NCBI RefSeq assembly: GCF_009834535.1
Contig: NC_045707.1
Coordinates: 33,170,001 to 33,234,000, forward strand
Reading direction: 5' to 3'
Source of the DNA: Camelus ferus
Taxonomy: Eukaryota
Length of the DNA: 64,000 nt
Both the position numbers and the translations under genes were made by a program. The notes under the pieces were generated by a model that saw nothing but the letters and a program-made list of their open reading frames with translations, was not told where the DNA came from and made no database searches. Shown piece after piece: positions 1 through 12,135 of the stretch (its first letter is position 1; each line of letters starts with the position of its first letter).

Positions 1-19
1 GATAAAGGGTACCATCTCC

Positions 20-770
20 ATCCACATGGTCAAACCAAGTATTTAAGGGTCATTTTAGATTCCTCTTTTCCTCAACCCCTTTACCACCAAGTCCTCTGGG
101 GTCTTCTTCTAAAATGATGTCAAATCCATTCATTTCTCTCCCTCTTCATGACACCTTTGTAGTCTAAGCCACAATCCCCTCTCACTTGGACAACTACAGT
201 AACTTACTCTCTTGTCTTGCTCCTCTCCCGCAGCAATCAAAACCCCACAGAGCATCCAGAGAGATCCCCTTAATATGTACACTGGATCTTTTAGAATAAA
301 ATCCAGATTCTTTCCCTTGGCCCACAGGGTCCTGCTTGGTCTTGGTCTCCCTCCCTCTGCAGTCTCTTTCCTACCCTTCTCCTCCTCCTCACTGTCCTCT
401 AGGGACCCGTCCCCTTTTCTAACCCTGGGCCTGAGCGCTTGTTTTTCTCTCTACCTAGCATGTGCTTTTCCCCAGCTTTTTTGGGGGAAACACAGCTGAC
501 CTGTTCTTATCTTTCAGTTTCTATCTCGGTTCACCTCCTCAGACAGGCTTCCCTGGCCACGCTGTCTCAACTGGATTTCCTCACTGATTCTCTATCTTAT
601 CACCTTGTTTGTCATCAGCAAAGAACTTCTCACAGTCTATCATTATTTTATTTGCTGACTTATTTATAGTTTATCTCCTGCATTAGGGTATAACCTCTGC
701 ATCCCAAGGTCAGTCCTATGTCCCCAGTGACTAGCACAACAGGAGTTCAATAATTACCTTTGCAATGAAC
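20..770 (+). mobile_element. L2 LINE 3' fragment
   Basis: Matches recalled L2 3' consensus, e.g. 'tagtctaagccacaatc', 'ttagaataaaatccagattc' and the terminal 'ttcaataattacctttgcaatgaa'. Confidence 0.7.
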
Positions 771-849
771 ACAACTCTATAAGGCTTTTTTTTTAAATAA
801 CCTAGAATTCCAAAACATTATAGATGAATGGGCCTTAGACTCCTCTGAC

Positions 850-960
850 CCAATTACTTAATCTAATGATGAAGAAACTGAGGCTCAGAAAAACTAAGGG
901 ACCCCTCCAGGTTCACGGAATATTTTAGGACAGAGCAAAGACTGACTCTCAGTCTGTCAC
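850..960 (-). mobile_element. MIR SINE fragment
   Basis: MIR core motif 'gaagaaactgaggctcag' in antisense orientation. Confidence 0.5.
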
Positions 961-3074
961 TCCTCCTTTTGTCCTGTGATGACTCCCCTGGGTTCTTCAA
1001 GTTAAGGACACTGACTCTGGCTAATTTAAGCAGTAAAGGAATTATTAGAAGGGTCTGAGGTTGCTCCCAGCATTAAGCGGAAGTCTGCCGCCCCCGGCTT
1101 TAGAAAGGACAGACACTAGAGTGGCTCTGAATATTCAAGTCACAGGTGTTAATGGGTATTAACCTAAGTCAAGATGAATTAAATCTGATCCTTTCCCTTT
1201 ATTGTATCACTCCATTCAATAGTCACATTCCCAGGAGGAAAAACAGGAAAGTCCTAGTTTGGACTTTGTTCCTGCTCCTTGGCTAATCAAGAACTGGTCC
1301 TGCCGATCCTGCATGTGATGGCGGCTGGGTGACTCCCCAAATGGAAACGGGGGTGCTTTTCCCAGAAGAAGAGGAGCTAGATGCTGGGCAGAAAGAAACA
1401 GCAGCCGTCCACGGTCCGTCATCACGCACGGCTGGGAGGAGCTGCTCCCGACACCAAAACACTGGCTTCCTGACAAGGCCAGTCCTCGCTCGGGTTGATA
1501 GTCTACGTTTCTGGAAGTGATTTGGCGATGGCTGTCTGTTTTTATGGGTTGTGTGCATTTCCCAGTGTGAGAATTTTCTCACAAAGGCCCAGGAGGCAGA
1601 CAGTAGGGCCTTCTGGGCTGTGAGCGCTGCCAGCCGGCGCCGGAACCCCCACCTCCTGCACGTGCTGTTGTGCTGGTTCCTGTTTGCCCAGGGGTCAGGT
1701 TGCTAAGAGTGTGGAATTTTGTGCTCTCTCTTTCTTCCAATGAAGTAGGCCTGAGAAATATGCTCTCAGATTTATTCTCTTCCGTATTCTCAGCTGTTGA
1801 GAAGGGATGGGCATTATCCATGTTTCCTGCTTGTTAACGATGCCCCACCGCTGAGTAAAAGAGACAGCCATAAATACAAGCAATATAACCAAAGACGTAT
1901 TGATCCTTAGCCAGGGAGGAAGATTACCCTGAAGAGAAATAGGAGGGGAACAATCTCCCCCATTATATTTTCCCTATTCCTGATGCCACTTTTCTTCCTT
2001 CTCTGCTCCTTCCTGGCCCCACCGTCACCTATAGCCACAATACCTGGCTCACCCACCATTCCAGTCTGCTTACTTAGGACTTTTTGATGGAGGAAAGAAA
2101 AAGAGAGGAAGGCAGAAGAAGTGCCATGGAGGGTTTTCCAAAGCAGAAATTAAAAGTTCAAAAGAAGCAACACTAAAATGACCACTAGCCACACCAGGAT
2201 CTGAAACTGACTCTGGGAGACAGAAGCTATCAGGCAATCTACCCTGCTCCATGGTGAATGGAAGACATCAGCCATCTTTCTACTAGTCTTTTGGGAAGTT
2301 TTATTCACCCTAGGCCACAAGGTGTGATGAACTCTAAGGCTGTTGCAAACCCCAGGGCTGCTGGGGACAGTAATGGAATCCTGTAGAAAGATTAGTTAAA
2401 AACCAATATTTACGGAATAACACCCAGAGACTAAAAGGAAACAAAAACATGTTTAGCCAGACAGTGTTCTGGGATGCAGCCGGAAAACTCAAAATCAAAG
2501 TTGTTTAATTTGAAATGACTTTGCGTAACATGGAGTATAATCTCATTTACCTAGAGTGTCTGGCACTTGGCAAAATACAACACACAGAGATCTGACTAAT
2601 ATGTAAAGATGTCTCTAGCCTGCTCCCTGTTTGGGAGAAAAATCATGTGGGAGGAAGACATATGGGGCTGTATGAATGCAAACTATCCCCCTACTGCCCT
2701 GACCCTGCACACCATTCACCCAAATACAGTTACAAGGTGCCGAGTGGGGAGCCTGATAAAAGGGCTGGAATGATCACCTGGGCAATCCTCAGGCTAACCT
2801 GAGAAGAATTTCTTCCAATATCATCGAAAAATGTGAATGGTGAGGGCTCAATTGGCTGGGTGTCATTCTACACGGGGCAACATGAACCTCACAGCCTGTG
2901 CTATAGAATTCTTAGAAAAGTCACTTCTGTGCTGGGTAAGATCACATGGATAAAATGGCAGACATGAAACTGTGAAATCAAGGACTTCAAGGGTCTTGTG
3001 AGTCTTCGTCGTTTGAAACTAAATATGACCTCAGTTGCAAAGCCAAACGGATGTCCATGGCCCTGGCTCATGCT

Positions 3075-3290
3075 ATAATATGTAATAATAAAAACTAACA
3101 TTTACCAAGCATTTGTGCGCTGGGGACTGTGTCAGGGCTTTTCTGTGGACTACCTCCTTTATATGGATAGTCCGACAACACCACAGGTAGATAATATCAT
3201 TGTCCTGATGTTTGAGGAAACTGAAGCTTAGGAAGACTGAGAGTGGTGGAGTCACAATTTCAACCCAGGAAGATTGACTCCAGACCCTGA
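3075..3290 (-). mobile_element. MIR SINE
   Basis: 'aacatttaccaagc...gaggaaactgaagcttag...ttcaacccagg...tgactccaga' follows the antisense MIR layout. Confidence 0.6.
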
Positions 3291-3489
3291 AATTTTGACC
3301 ATTATTGGATGTCACACCCACAGAGTCCCAGTGTTTTGAACTTTGAAGCTGGTCCTTTGTCGGCTTCTTAAAAAACAAAAACAAAAACACTTTAAAGTGA
3401 GGTGGTAGGGCTCATAATTTGTTACATTTTTTATTTTCCTGCAGTCACAAAGCCAATAAGTGGTATATTGGGACCTGGACATGAATCTC

Positions 3490-3981
3490 TGTTTTAATCA
3501 TCTCCTTTTCACCTCCTCGGTGAGGGAGGGATTCATGCCCTAGGGTTCTGAGGATGTCTGAACACACAGCACCCAACCCTGGACGGATGAAATGGATAGC
3601 AGTTTACTGGCCACAGCTACTCACTGCCTGGGGGAGGAGGACACCGCACTCCAGGGGCTGCATTTAGAGACAGAGAAAACAAGCACCGCCCGTGAGAAGC
3701 AGGCTTTGTAGCATGAAGAGGGTGGGACCCCCCTATTCCACAGAAGAACATAACTGGCTTGTGTGAATAATCCTACAGGCTGGTAGGGATCTGAAAACGG
3801 CTACTCAGGGATAACCTGGAGCTACCTGTGCTCTCCCTACTAAGAAGGGTGTTTGGCTAGGGGACCTTATTTGCAGAAGCAGGCTGGGAAGGGGATTCGC
3901 CGTTGGGCCATTTGAAGTCCTTCCAATTTTACCAGCTGTCAAGACAACACATAATATTGGACCTTAATTTTCAGACTTACA
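3490..3981 (-). mobile_element. Solo ERV LTR (MER54/MER73-like)
   Basis: 492 bp with TG...CA termini on the minus strand. The 5' end 'tgtaagtctgaaaattaaggtccaatattatgtg' and 3' end 'gattaaaaca' resemble the recalled consensus. Subfamily uncertain. Confidence 0.7.
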
Positions 3982-3989
3982 CCATGGTC

Positions 3990-4430
3990 TCTCTATAAAA
4001 CACAAATAGATGAGAAGTATAAGGAAAGTACATGAGCAAAGATACCTGGCTAGAAAAGAGCAGGATGTATTTGAGTAACTCAGGCTGTGTGGGGAGGAAA
4101 AATGTTAGGTGAGGCTGGAAAGCTGGTTTCCCAGGGCTCTGAGAACCCATTAAAGATTTTTGAAAAATAGAAGGACATGACCCAATATATGTTTTAGGAA
4201 AAAAATCTATCTGTAATGAGGATGGATTAGAAGGGAGGAGAAGGCAGAGACAGGCAAAGCAGATTACTGTTTGTTGAAATTACAACGGGGAGAAATCATG
4301 GGCATTTGAACTGGAAAAGTGGCCCCAGTGGAAAGACAAGCGAAAGAGCAGGTCAGGAGAAATTATAGTGGCACAGACCACAGGCGCAACCAAATGATCG
4401 GCTGTGGGGGGCGTGGGAGCAAAAGAAGTA
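3990..4430 (-). mobile_element. L2 fragment
   Basis: Purine-rich degenerate match to antisense L2 ('atatgttttaggaaaa', 'gaggatggattagaaggg'). Confidence 0.5.
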
Positions 4431-4555
4431 AGAATTACCCCAAGGGAGCCAGTCTTTGTTTAAAGTCTTGATATTTTGTTTACCATGGATTTCTTGCATT
4501 AATTTTGATTTTTAAAAATAAATGTTGCATTAAAATATTTCTCTTGATTACAGAG

Positions 4556-5031
4556 TGCATTCGTTTCCTGTGGCTGCTGTAACAAATTACTACAAACTTA
4601 GTGGCTTCAAACAACAGAAGTTTACTCTCTTACAGCNNNNNNNNNNNNNNNNNNNNNNNNNNNNNNNNNNNNNNNNNNNNNNNNNNNNNNNNNNNNNNNN
4701 NNNNNNNNNNNNNNNNNNNNNNNNNNNNNNNNNNNNNNNNNNNNNNNNNNNNNNNNNNNNNNNNNNNNNNNNNNNNNNCTACCTTGTAGTCCCACTACCT
4801 TCCCTTCTCTTGCCTGTCAAATCTCCCTCTGCCTCTCTCTTGTAGGGACATCTGTGATGGCATTTAGGGCTCACCCCAATAACCCTGGATAATATCCTCA
4901 TCTCATGATCCTTAACTTAAATCATATCTGAAAAGTCTTTACCATATAAGGCAGGATTCACCGGTTCCAGAGATTAAGATGCGGATTTGAGGGAGATGGA
5001 AGGGGGGGGGCGCAATTGTTAGCCTACTATA
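4556..5031 (-). mobile_element. MaLR LTR, MLT1B/C/D-like (contains a gap)
   Basis: Starts 'tgcattcgtttcctgtggctgctgtaacaaattac' and ends 'ttagcctactata'. Flanked by a 5-bp TSD-like pair, cagag (4551-4555) and ctgag (5032-5036). Confidence 0.85.
4637..4778. other. Assembly gap or masked run (142 N)
   Basis: N-run inside the MLT1 LTR. Confidence 0.9.
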
Positions 5032-5439
5032 CTGAGGTTTTGTTTTTATTTTTTTTTAAACATCTCTTTGTATTTTGTATCTAAGGCAAGTGCCTCCCTC
5101 CACTCTCCTTACCCACCCTGGATCATTTAAGCCTGGAAAACCAGGAGAACGGTGGTTTTGCTTACAGAAATGGGAAATTAAAGACAAAGAACTGATCTGG
5201 AACACAAATATTGCTTAAATATTTTTTAAAATTCTACCATTGTACTAGATAGTGGCGTGTGCAATTGGACAATAATCCTTGACTTTAATGTTCGTTGAAC
5301 ATGGCCTCATTTTCTTGGAGTCAAATGAAGACCCACCTTCAAAACACGTTAGGACTTTCTGTGTCTCTGCCTGGAGCTGTGAGGATAACACTGCCCAGCA
5401 TTCATCTCCCTTTCTTGGAGCTTTGGGGAACCACCTGTC

Positions 5440-5860
5440 ATCTACTCTCAGACCTTGTGATTAGATGGTCTCTAGTCCCAGCTCCAGGATTGGCACTTGT
5501 GACCCAGGCACTGTCTATCAGCGGAACTGATTCTCCCCAGCTACAGCTATGGGTTCACAAATGTGCACTTGCCTCAAACTAATTCAATAGAAATGAGTTC
5601 TGAGATGTCGGTGGGAACCACCAGGGAGAAGCACTGAGTCTCCCCCTCAACTTGAATCAGTGAATATATGTCTCTGGAACCTGAAGCTAACAGAGAAAAG
5701 GCAAAACTAGGACTCAAAGATCCCAATGACATCCTTTCAGTTCCTTCAGTCACACTTGAAGCCAGACCTACTCCTAGGCTTTTCAATGATCTGAACCAAT
5801 AAATTTCTCTTATCACTTAAGCAAGATTGAATTGGACTTTTTTTCTCTGTCATTTAAAAC
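5440..5860 (+). mobile_element. Old MaLR LTR (MLT1J/K-like)
   Basis: 3' end 'ccaataaatttctcttatcacttaagcaagattgaattggac' is typical of old MLT1 LTRs. Confidence 0.55.
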
Positions 5861-6465
5861 ATAATTGATGGTTAAAATTTTTTAATACTAATATATTTAT
5901 AATTTTTAAACTTGGCTGCCCCAGTGGAAATGGTGTGGTGTTTGGGGCAGGAAAACTTTCTAAGCTGAGGCTGCAGCCAAGGGACATTTGTGCCTTATTT
6001 GGTAAGAGTGTGAATTATTTCATCCTTTGACCAGGACACCACCGCTGTCATGGAATTTATTCAGAGCCACAAAGCCCCCGTGGGAACCCAGTATTTCCTC
6101 TCAAGGAGATAGGACCATCTGGTCAATTGCCAGGAAATGCATTGATTGAGGAGAAAAAAGGAACTAAGAGGTAAGACTAGGAAGGTCACTAGGTAATCTT
6201 GGACAAGACTACTGGAGTGAGTAAAAAGGGAGGACCATGGCACATTTAGGAAAGGGACTAGGACAAGAGAAAGCTGGTCAGAAAGCTGGAAGCGATAAGT
6301 TACAAAATACTCACCAGATTGCATTCCCTAGAGTTACCTCTCATTTGGGCTTTCTTTACAAAAATGTCACTGGCTAGCACTCTACTTATAAGTTACTCCC
6401 CTCTACTTGGTACATACTTTTTTTCTTGGAATAAAGGAAGTTAATAATAGAAAAGTCAAAAGAGA

Positions 6466-6693
6466 CAGATACTAACTACTATATCTAAAATAGATTAGTA
6501 ACAAGTTTCTACTGTATAGCACAAGGATCTATACTCAATATCTTGTAGTAACCTATAATGAAAAAGAATATGAAAACGAATATATGTGTGTATATGTATG
6601 ATAGAAATATTATGCTGTACACCAGAAATTGACAAAACATTGTAAACGCACTATACCTCAATAAAAAAGAATGCAATTTTTTTATTGTAAAAA
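6466..6693 (+). mobile_element. 5'-truncated L1 3'UTR insertion (cetartiodactyl/camelid type) with a 15-bp TSD
   Basis: 'cagatactaactactatatctaaaatagat...gctgtacaccagaaattgac'. Perfect TSD aaaagtcaaaagaga at 6451-6465 and 6694-6708. Confidence 0.9.
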
Positions 6694-9106
6694 AAAAGTC
6701 AAAAGAGAAAAATGTAATGACAGTAAATGAAATAATTTTCTTTCCATCATTCCATAAGAACCCTTTATATCTGGTAGAAATGATTATATTGGCATAAGGC
6801 TGTGTTATGCTAAAATAATGAAGAGTGAAGGTTTCACTTTGATCATCTCTTCACCACTTTACATTTCAATGTCTGACCTCAGGAGAGCCCCTTCCAGTAT
6901 CACATTAAGAACATTTAAAGGAAACAGGGAAGTCCACCAATAAGATAGCTTCTCCAATAGAACAGTAACTATCCATCCAGGAAAGTCCACATTTTCAGCA
7001 GCAGTTTAACTCCTTGCCTAAATTTTTCAACGACTCGCTCATTCTTTCTTCTTAACTAGTAAAGAAATGGCTTATATGTTGGGTGGGTCCTTTTGTATTA
7101 TGTTTATAAAATAACATCTGACTACATGTTTTATACTAATAATATCAACAGACTAAAGTAATAGGCAAAATAATCCCCAGAGGAACATGTTTTAAAAAAA
7201 CAGAAATAAGTAAGTGGGAAAATATTAACAGTTTCACTTGATCTTAAATTTCCAAACACTATTCAAAGCTCTTTTGGGACCATAATCACTGAATTCTACA
7301 GAGTTACCGTTACTTGTATTTGGCAAGATCCTCCATGTCAATTGTACAGTGTGAGGCTGAACAAGAAAGAGAAGTCAAGGGAAAAAGTTGGCAAAACATC
7401 TTGGTCTTAGCCTTCAATTACATGACTTAGGGAGGTAGAAGGGACAGCCATCACAGCGAATAAAAATAAGAGATGGCTTTTTGGAGGAAATCCAGATTCT
7501 CTTTTAGTTAAGGGGGTCAATTCAATTTACCTTGAAACAAGATTTACGTGTCCTGGAGTTAAAAACATTAAAGGATCATGTACGTGATCAAATTTTAGGA
7601 GAAATTTTAAGATTCCAAACATGGCATTACTTATAAATACACAGTATGTGTGTTCATACATACAAATATATTCCTAACATTCTGATGAAGAAAAAAATGT
7701 TGTTTATACTTCTTAGATCAGTTCCCAAATTCACTTAAGAAAAGTCTTAGAAGCTCTTAGAGATGAAAACTCTAATAAATGAAGCCTAATTTTCATGAAT
7801 ACCTGTACTCAAGGGCTATTTGACCTAAATTACACAGCACGTTTTGAGCTTTGTAACTCTTAGAGTGCGTATAAATTTTAATTGACTTTTCTTTGGCAAT
7901 ATCAGTATGTTTGTATTATATTCATGGGACTCCCTCTGCTGTATAACTTAACACATGAAAATTCTTGTTTTACTCTTTAGCAAGGCTTCCTTGCAGCTTG
8001 ATGGATAAGGTGTCTAATTATGGAGTACTGTGGAAGGCTTTGGATCAAATCATATGTTTTTATTGAAAATGAGGTCATGTTGGGTTGTGTGATATAGCTA
8101 AATAATCAGTTAGCTATTTTCCAAGCCAAACACAGAGTATTTAGGTTTAGTAACATGGCTTCCTCCCTCAGATCTGTAACTCAGACATGGTGGTTTGAGA
8201 ACAATATGGGTAGAAATTGTGTATGTTTTTCTTGGACACTTAAATGAGTGCCATTTTCCAACTAGACTACATTTTAGATAGAATTTAATTTTACTTTCAT
8301 TTTTACTTTATGTGACATTACCTGGGAGAATATTTTCCAAATAATCATCTAAAATTTTGTGGTTCCCAAATTTATCACCCAAGTAATATACATCGTGTTA
8401 CTGGAGGTAAACAATGAATTGGGGAGTTCTGGATAATAATTTATATCCTTTAAACATTCATTAGCATATTTTGATAGTAGATTTCCAGATATTTCATGGA
8501 TGTATTGATTTTCAAGATATTGTCATCATACCAAAAATCACTGAAATGTTTTAGTTCCAATACTCTCTCAGTTCCAAATGCTTGTGTTTTTTGTGTACCT
8601 GGAAGACCTAGTTTGGTGTTCAGGAAATATGACACTCATGCTGTATCTAGGTCCATTTGTTTGAAATTTGTTAGATGATAAATGTAGATCAGTTAATAGC
8701 TTTATGTTCAAACAGTGCCTAATTTTTCACTTTTCAAGGTGTGGGCTTAGGCACAAATTCTTGGAATATAGACATAGGACTGGTCCACTGAAGAATTAGG
8801 ACTCTTATTAAGACTATCATTCAAGATACTAAAATTTGCTGTATATTTCACATTGGTGTGTTGGCCACACAAAATCTTTTCATATTTTAGCTTTGGGCCA
8901 CCAGATACATTTTCCATTCCACTTTTATGCCTCGGAAGGGTATTATGTACTGTGCCATTACAGAATTTCCATATTCATCTTAGGTTTACTACCAATATGA
9001 CTTCAAAAATATGATATTGTCAAAATTGTGCTGACTGTGAAATTAAGATGCCTCTTAGGGCATCCATGAACAGCTGTATTGAATAGCCTGACATCTGTGA
9101 AATAAA

Positions 9107-9467
9107 NNNNNNNNNNNNNNNNNNNNNNNNNNNNNNNNNNNNNNNNNNNNNNNNNNNNNNNNNNNNNNNNNNNNNNNNNNNNNNNNNNNNNNNNNNNNNN
9201 NNNNNNNNNNNNNNNNNNNNNNNNNNNNNNNNNNNNNNNNNNNNNNNNNNNNNNNNNNNNNNNNNNNNNNNNNNNNNNNNNNNNNNNNNNNNNNNNNNNN
9301 NNNNNNNNNNNNNNNNNNNNNNNNNNNNNNNNNNNNNNNNNNNNNNNNNNNNNNNNNNNNNNNNNNNNNNNNNNNNNNNNNNNNNNNNNNNNNNNNNNNN
9401 NNNNNNNNNNNNNNNNNNNNNNNNNNNNNNNNNNNNNNNNNNNNNNNNNNNNNNNNNNNNNNNNNNN
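9107..9467. other. Assembly gap or masked run (361 N)
   Basis: N-run next to an L2-like fragment. Confidence 0.9.
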
Positions 9468-10449
9468 AACCTTTTTCTTTGGGGGGTGGGGGGTGGGCAG
9501 AAAGAAAATAATCAACTGACCATAACAGAAGGTCATTGCCATTTAAGAAACAGCACAAGTCTAAGATGAAATTCTAAATATTTTTGAAGTGTGCCAAGTT
9601 GGTTTAATCAAGGGCTAGGGCGACAGAGCCAGTGACCGTCACTAGTCAGTGACCTCACAGCTGAAAAGTGAAAAAAGTCACCCCGACCAGCATGAGCTCA
9701 TTGAGTTTCTCCAGAAAAACGGCAAAACTTTTTAATAAGAAACAAAGTCCAAACAAATGTTTTGTCTAGGTTTTACCATTTTAGTTAAATTTTCTTTTCA
9801 CTTTTTTTAAATCATCGTTTGGGCATCTCATAGACATGATCCTAGGGTCTCTTTTTCACAGTTTCAACTGATTTCTCTTGGTCTTTGATGCTGTTGACCA
9901 ATCTCTTTCATAAAAATCCTCTCTTTCTTTGGTTCCCATGATGCCATTCTGTGATCTTACCTTTTGATCACTTCTAAGGATCTAGGTGAAGCCCTTTTTC
10001 CCCTACTTGTTTTCCATCTGTTCCCTTAAGTGCCACCCCCAGCTACCTTCTCTTCTCGGATGCAGGACCATGGTCTCAGGTACCTGAAGGAAGCAAGGAA
10101 GCAGAGTGTCCCATGTCTCAGCCTGGCCTGCGAGGCAGCTGGCCATGTGTTCAGGTCAACCTTGGAAATACAGACACACCACCCAAAGAAAGGGGCATGG
10201 ACTCCCAAATAGATTAAGTCCCCACTGCCCAGGAAAAGAAGGGCTCCAAATAGAAATTAAATTCAGTTATAGAAACATAAGAACAGTTCCATTTCACATG
10301 TGTGACTTTGCTGAACGATAGTCTGAGCAATCCCTAGCACAGTGCCTGGAATACAGCTGGAGTTCAAACAAAAAAAAAGGTGGTTTCCTCCTCTTTATCT
10401 AGGGTCACAAATTCTCATTAGCACAGGAGTTAAACTGGGTGAACTTTAA

Positions 10450-10790
10450 CTCATTTATTCACTTACTCATGTAACAAAGATATTTTCAACACCTACTCTG
10501 TGCCCGACAATATTCTAGGCACTGAAAATACAATGATGTAAATGAAGTCCCAGCCCTCTAGAGACAGAGACAGCTGAAAAAGAAGAGAGAGAAAGAAGGA
10601 AGGAAGGAATCGGGAAAGACAAAGGTAAGAGAATAACACAAAGCAGAATACTAGAGAGAGTTGCAGGGTGGCCCACTCCTTGGTCAGAGTATTCAAGAAG
10701 ACCCTTATGAGTAGATGAAATGAATGCTGTGCCTTGGAAATCTGCAGAAAGAGCACTCCAGGCTGGGGACCCAGGAGGGCAGAAGCCTGT
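10450..10790 (-). mobile_element. L2 3' end
   Basis: 'tcatttattcacttactcatgtaacaaagatattttcaacacctactctgtgcc...ctaggcactg' is the antisense L2 terminus. Confidence 0.65.
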
Positions 10791-11039
10791 GAATGGTCTT
10801 CCAAATCAATTATTCTCTAGACTCACAACTCAAGTTAGCATGAGAGGGAAGAAGTCTGCAATTTTAATGTGAGTCTTAACCATTCCTTGGGCTTCATTTA
10901 TATAGTAGCCAAAATGTATTTTGGAAAAGTAAACCAAAATGAAAGGAAGGGTTTGCTGTTATTAAGGTGCCCTAAATACATTCATTAAAATAGGGAAGAA
11001 TTGGTTTCCTGATTATGTAATTTAATAAATTATATAAAT

Positions 11040-11180
11040 CAGAGAATTTATATTTGTGTATCTGCCTATATTTGCATATATCTATATATGCATCATTTAT
11101 ATCTATATTTACATCTGAATATGCTATATATATGGATATACCCATACTTGCATCTACCTGTCTATCTATCATTTATCAAT
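11040..11180. repeat. Degenerate (TA)n/(TATC)n low-complexity tract
   Basis: Runs of atat and tatc directly visible. Confidence 0.7.
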
Positions 11181-12012
11181 ATGCTGCTGGATAGGTGACA
11201 TAATTGTTTTACTGATTAACTGATTTCTGAAAGAGGCAAACTGCCCTCCCTGGAAATTCTTCAGAAGTAGAATAGATAACTGTGTATCTATAACATGTGT
11301 ATCTGTATCTGTATCTGGCTATGCTTATAATTGTATTATGTATACACAAGGCTCCAGTTTAAGCACCCCCAGGTTATACCTTGACAGACCAACTGGATCA
11401 AACATCCATAGCTGGAAGATGATTCTACCCAAAAAACACAATTGGGGGGGATTATTTTTGTTACCATTTGGTAAAGAGATGTTGAAAAGAGCTCCTCCAA
11501 AGATAAATTATTAATTCTAAATAGCATGCAAAATCTGACTTCATTATTTGGAAACATGTAAAAATGCTAGCCGCTGTTTTATCCTTAAGGTTTCCTCTTG
11601 GAAAGGGCAACCCTCCTCCCCAAACAGAAGTTGAAGCTGAGTTACCCATGCCAGTGCAGTCACCTCCAGGGTAGCTTAGAAAGCTATGATATACAAATTT
11701 TATTTTAAAAGAACTACAAACAAAAAGAAACACATTGGCTTGGTCCACATCCAGGATCCTATAGTTCTTCGTAAAGTACAGTGTTAAACAATGCTTTATA
11801 AAAAGAGATCCTACATTTTCTGATGCCTGAAAATAGTGATATTTATCACTTACAACTCTCTCACACTTTTGATTTTATGATGAAATTATAAAATTATGGG
11901 TAATTTTTAAATGACTGCATCAATTATAATCAACATATATGCTCTAAAGCCCTCAAAAGTAAGACAGTAACAGTCATCCTACACTAAAGGAGCCATTTGA
12001 AATGAGTCATAT

Positions 12013-12135
12013 AGTTAGGTGACCATATGCCTGATTTGCTGGGGACAGTCCTAGTTTATGTCTACTGTCCTGATAGTAAGAACCGTGTCCACACTGAACT
12101 CTCAAGAAAGCCCTCGTAAACTACAGTTATTCTAT
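12013..12135. mobile_element. hAT-Blackjack MITE (MER81/MER94-like)
   Basis: 'taggtgaccatatgcctgatttgctggggacagtcctagttt' resembles the MER81/94 terminus. Confidence 0.5.

Larger units (their letters stand above)
4450..5120. mobile_element. hAT-type DNA transposon relic interrupted by an MLT1 LTR (pieces about 4450-4555 and 5032-5120)
   Basis: 'ttgatattttgtttaccatggatttcttgcattaattttgatttt...cttgatta' resumes as 'ctgaggttttg...aggcaagtgcctccctcc...ccaccctg' after the LTR. Confidence 0.45.

Noticed and set aside
1216-1928. Overlapping ORFs at 1.2-1.9 kb and a minus-strand acceptor at 1928
   Set aside because: The region is moderately GC-rich, with ORFs in several frames on both strands and no recognisable domain or protein. 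No consistent exon frame emerges.
2965-3080. LRR-like peptide EIKDFKGLVSLRRLKLN on plus
   Set aside because: A single motif bounded by stops, without good splice sites or neighbouring repeats.
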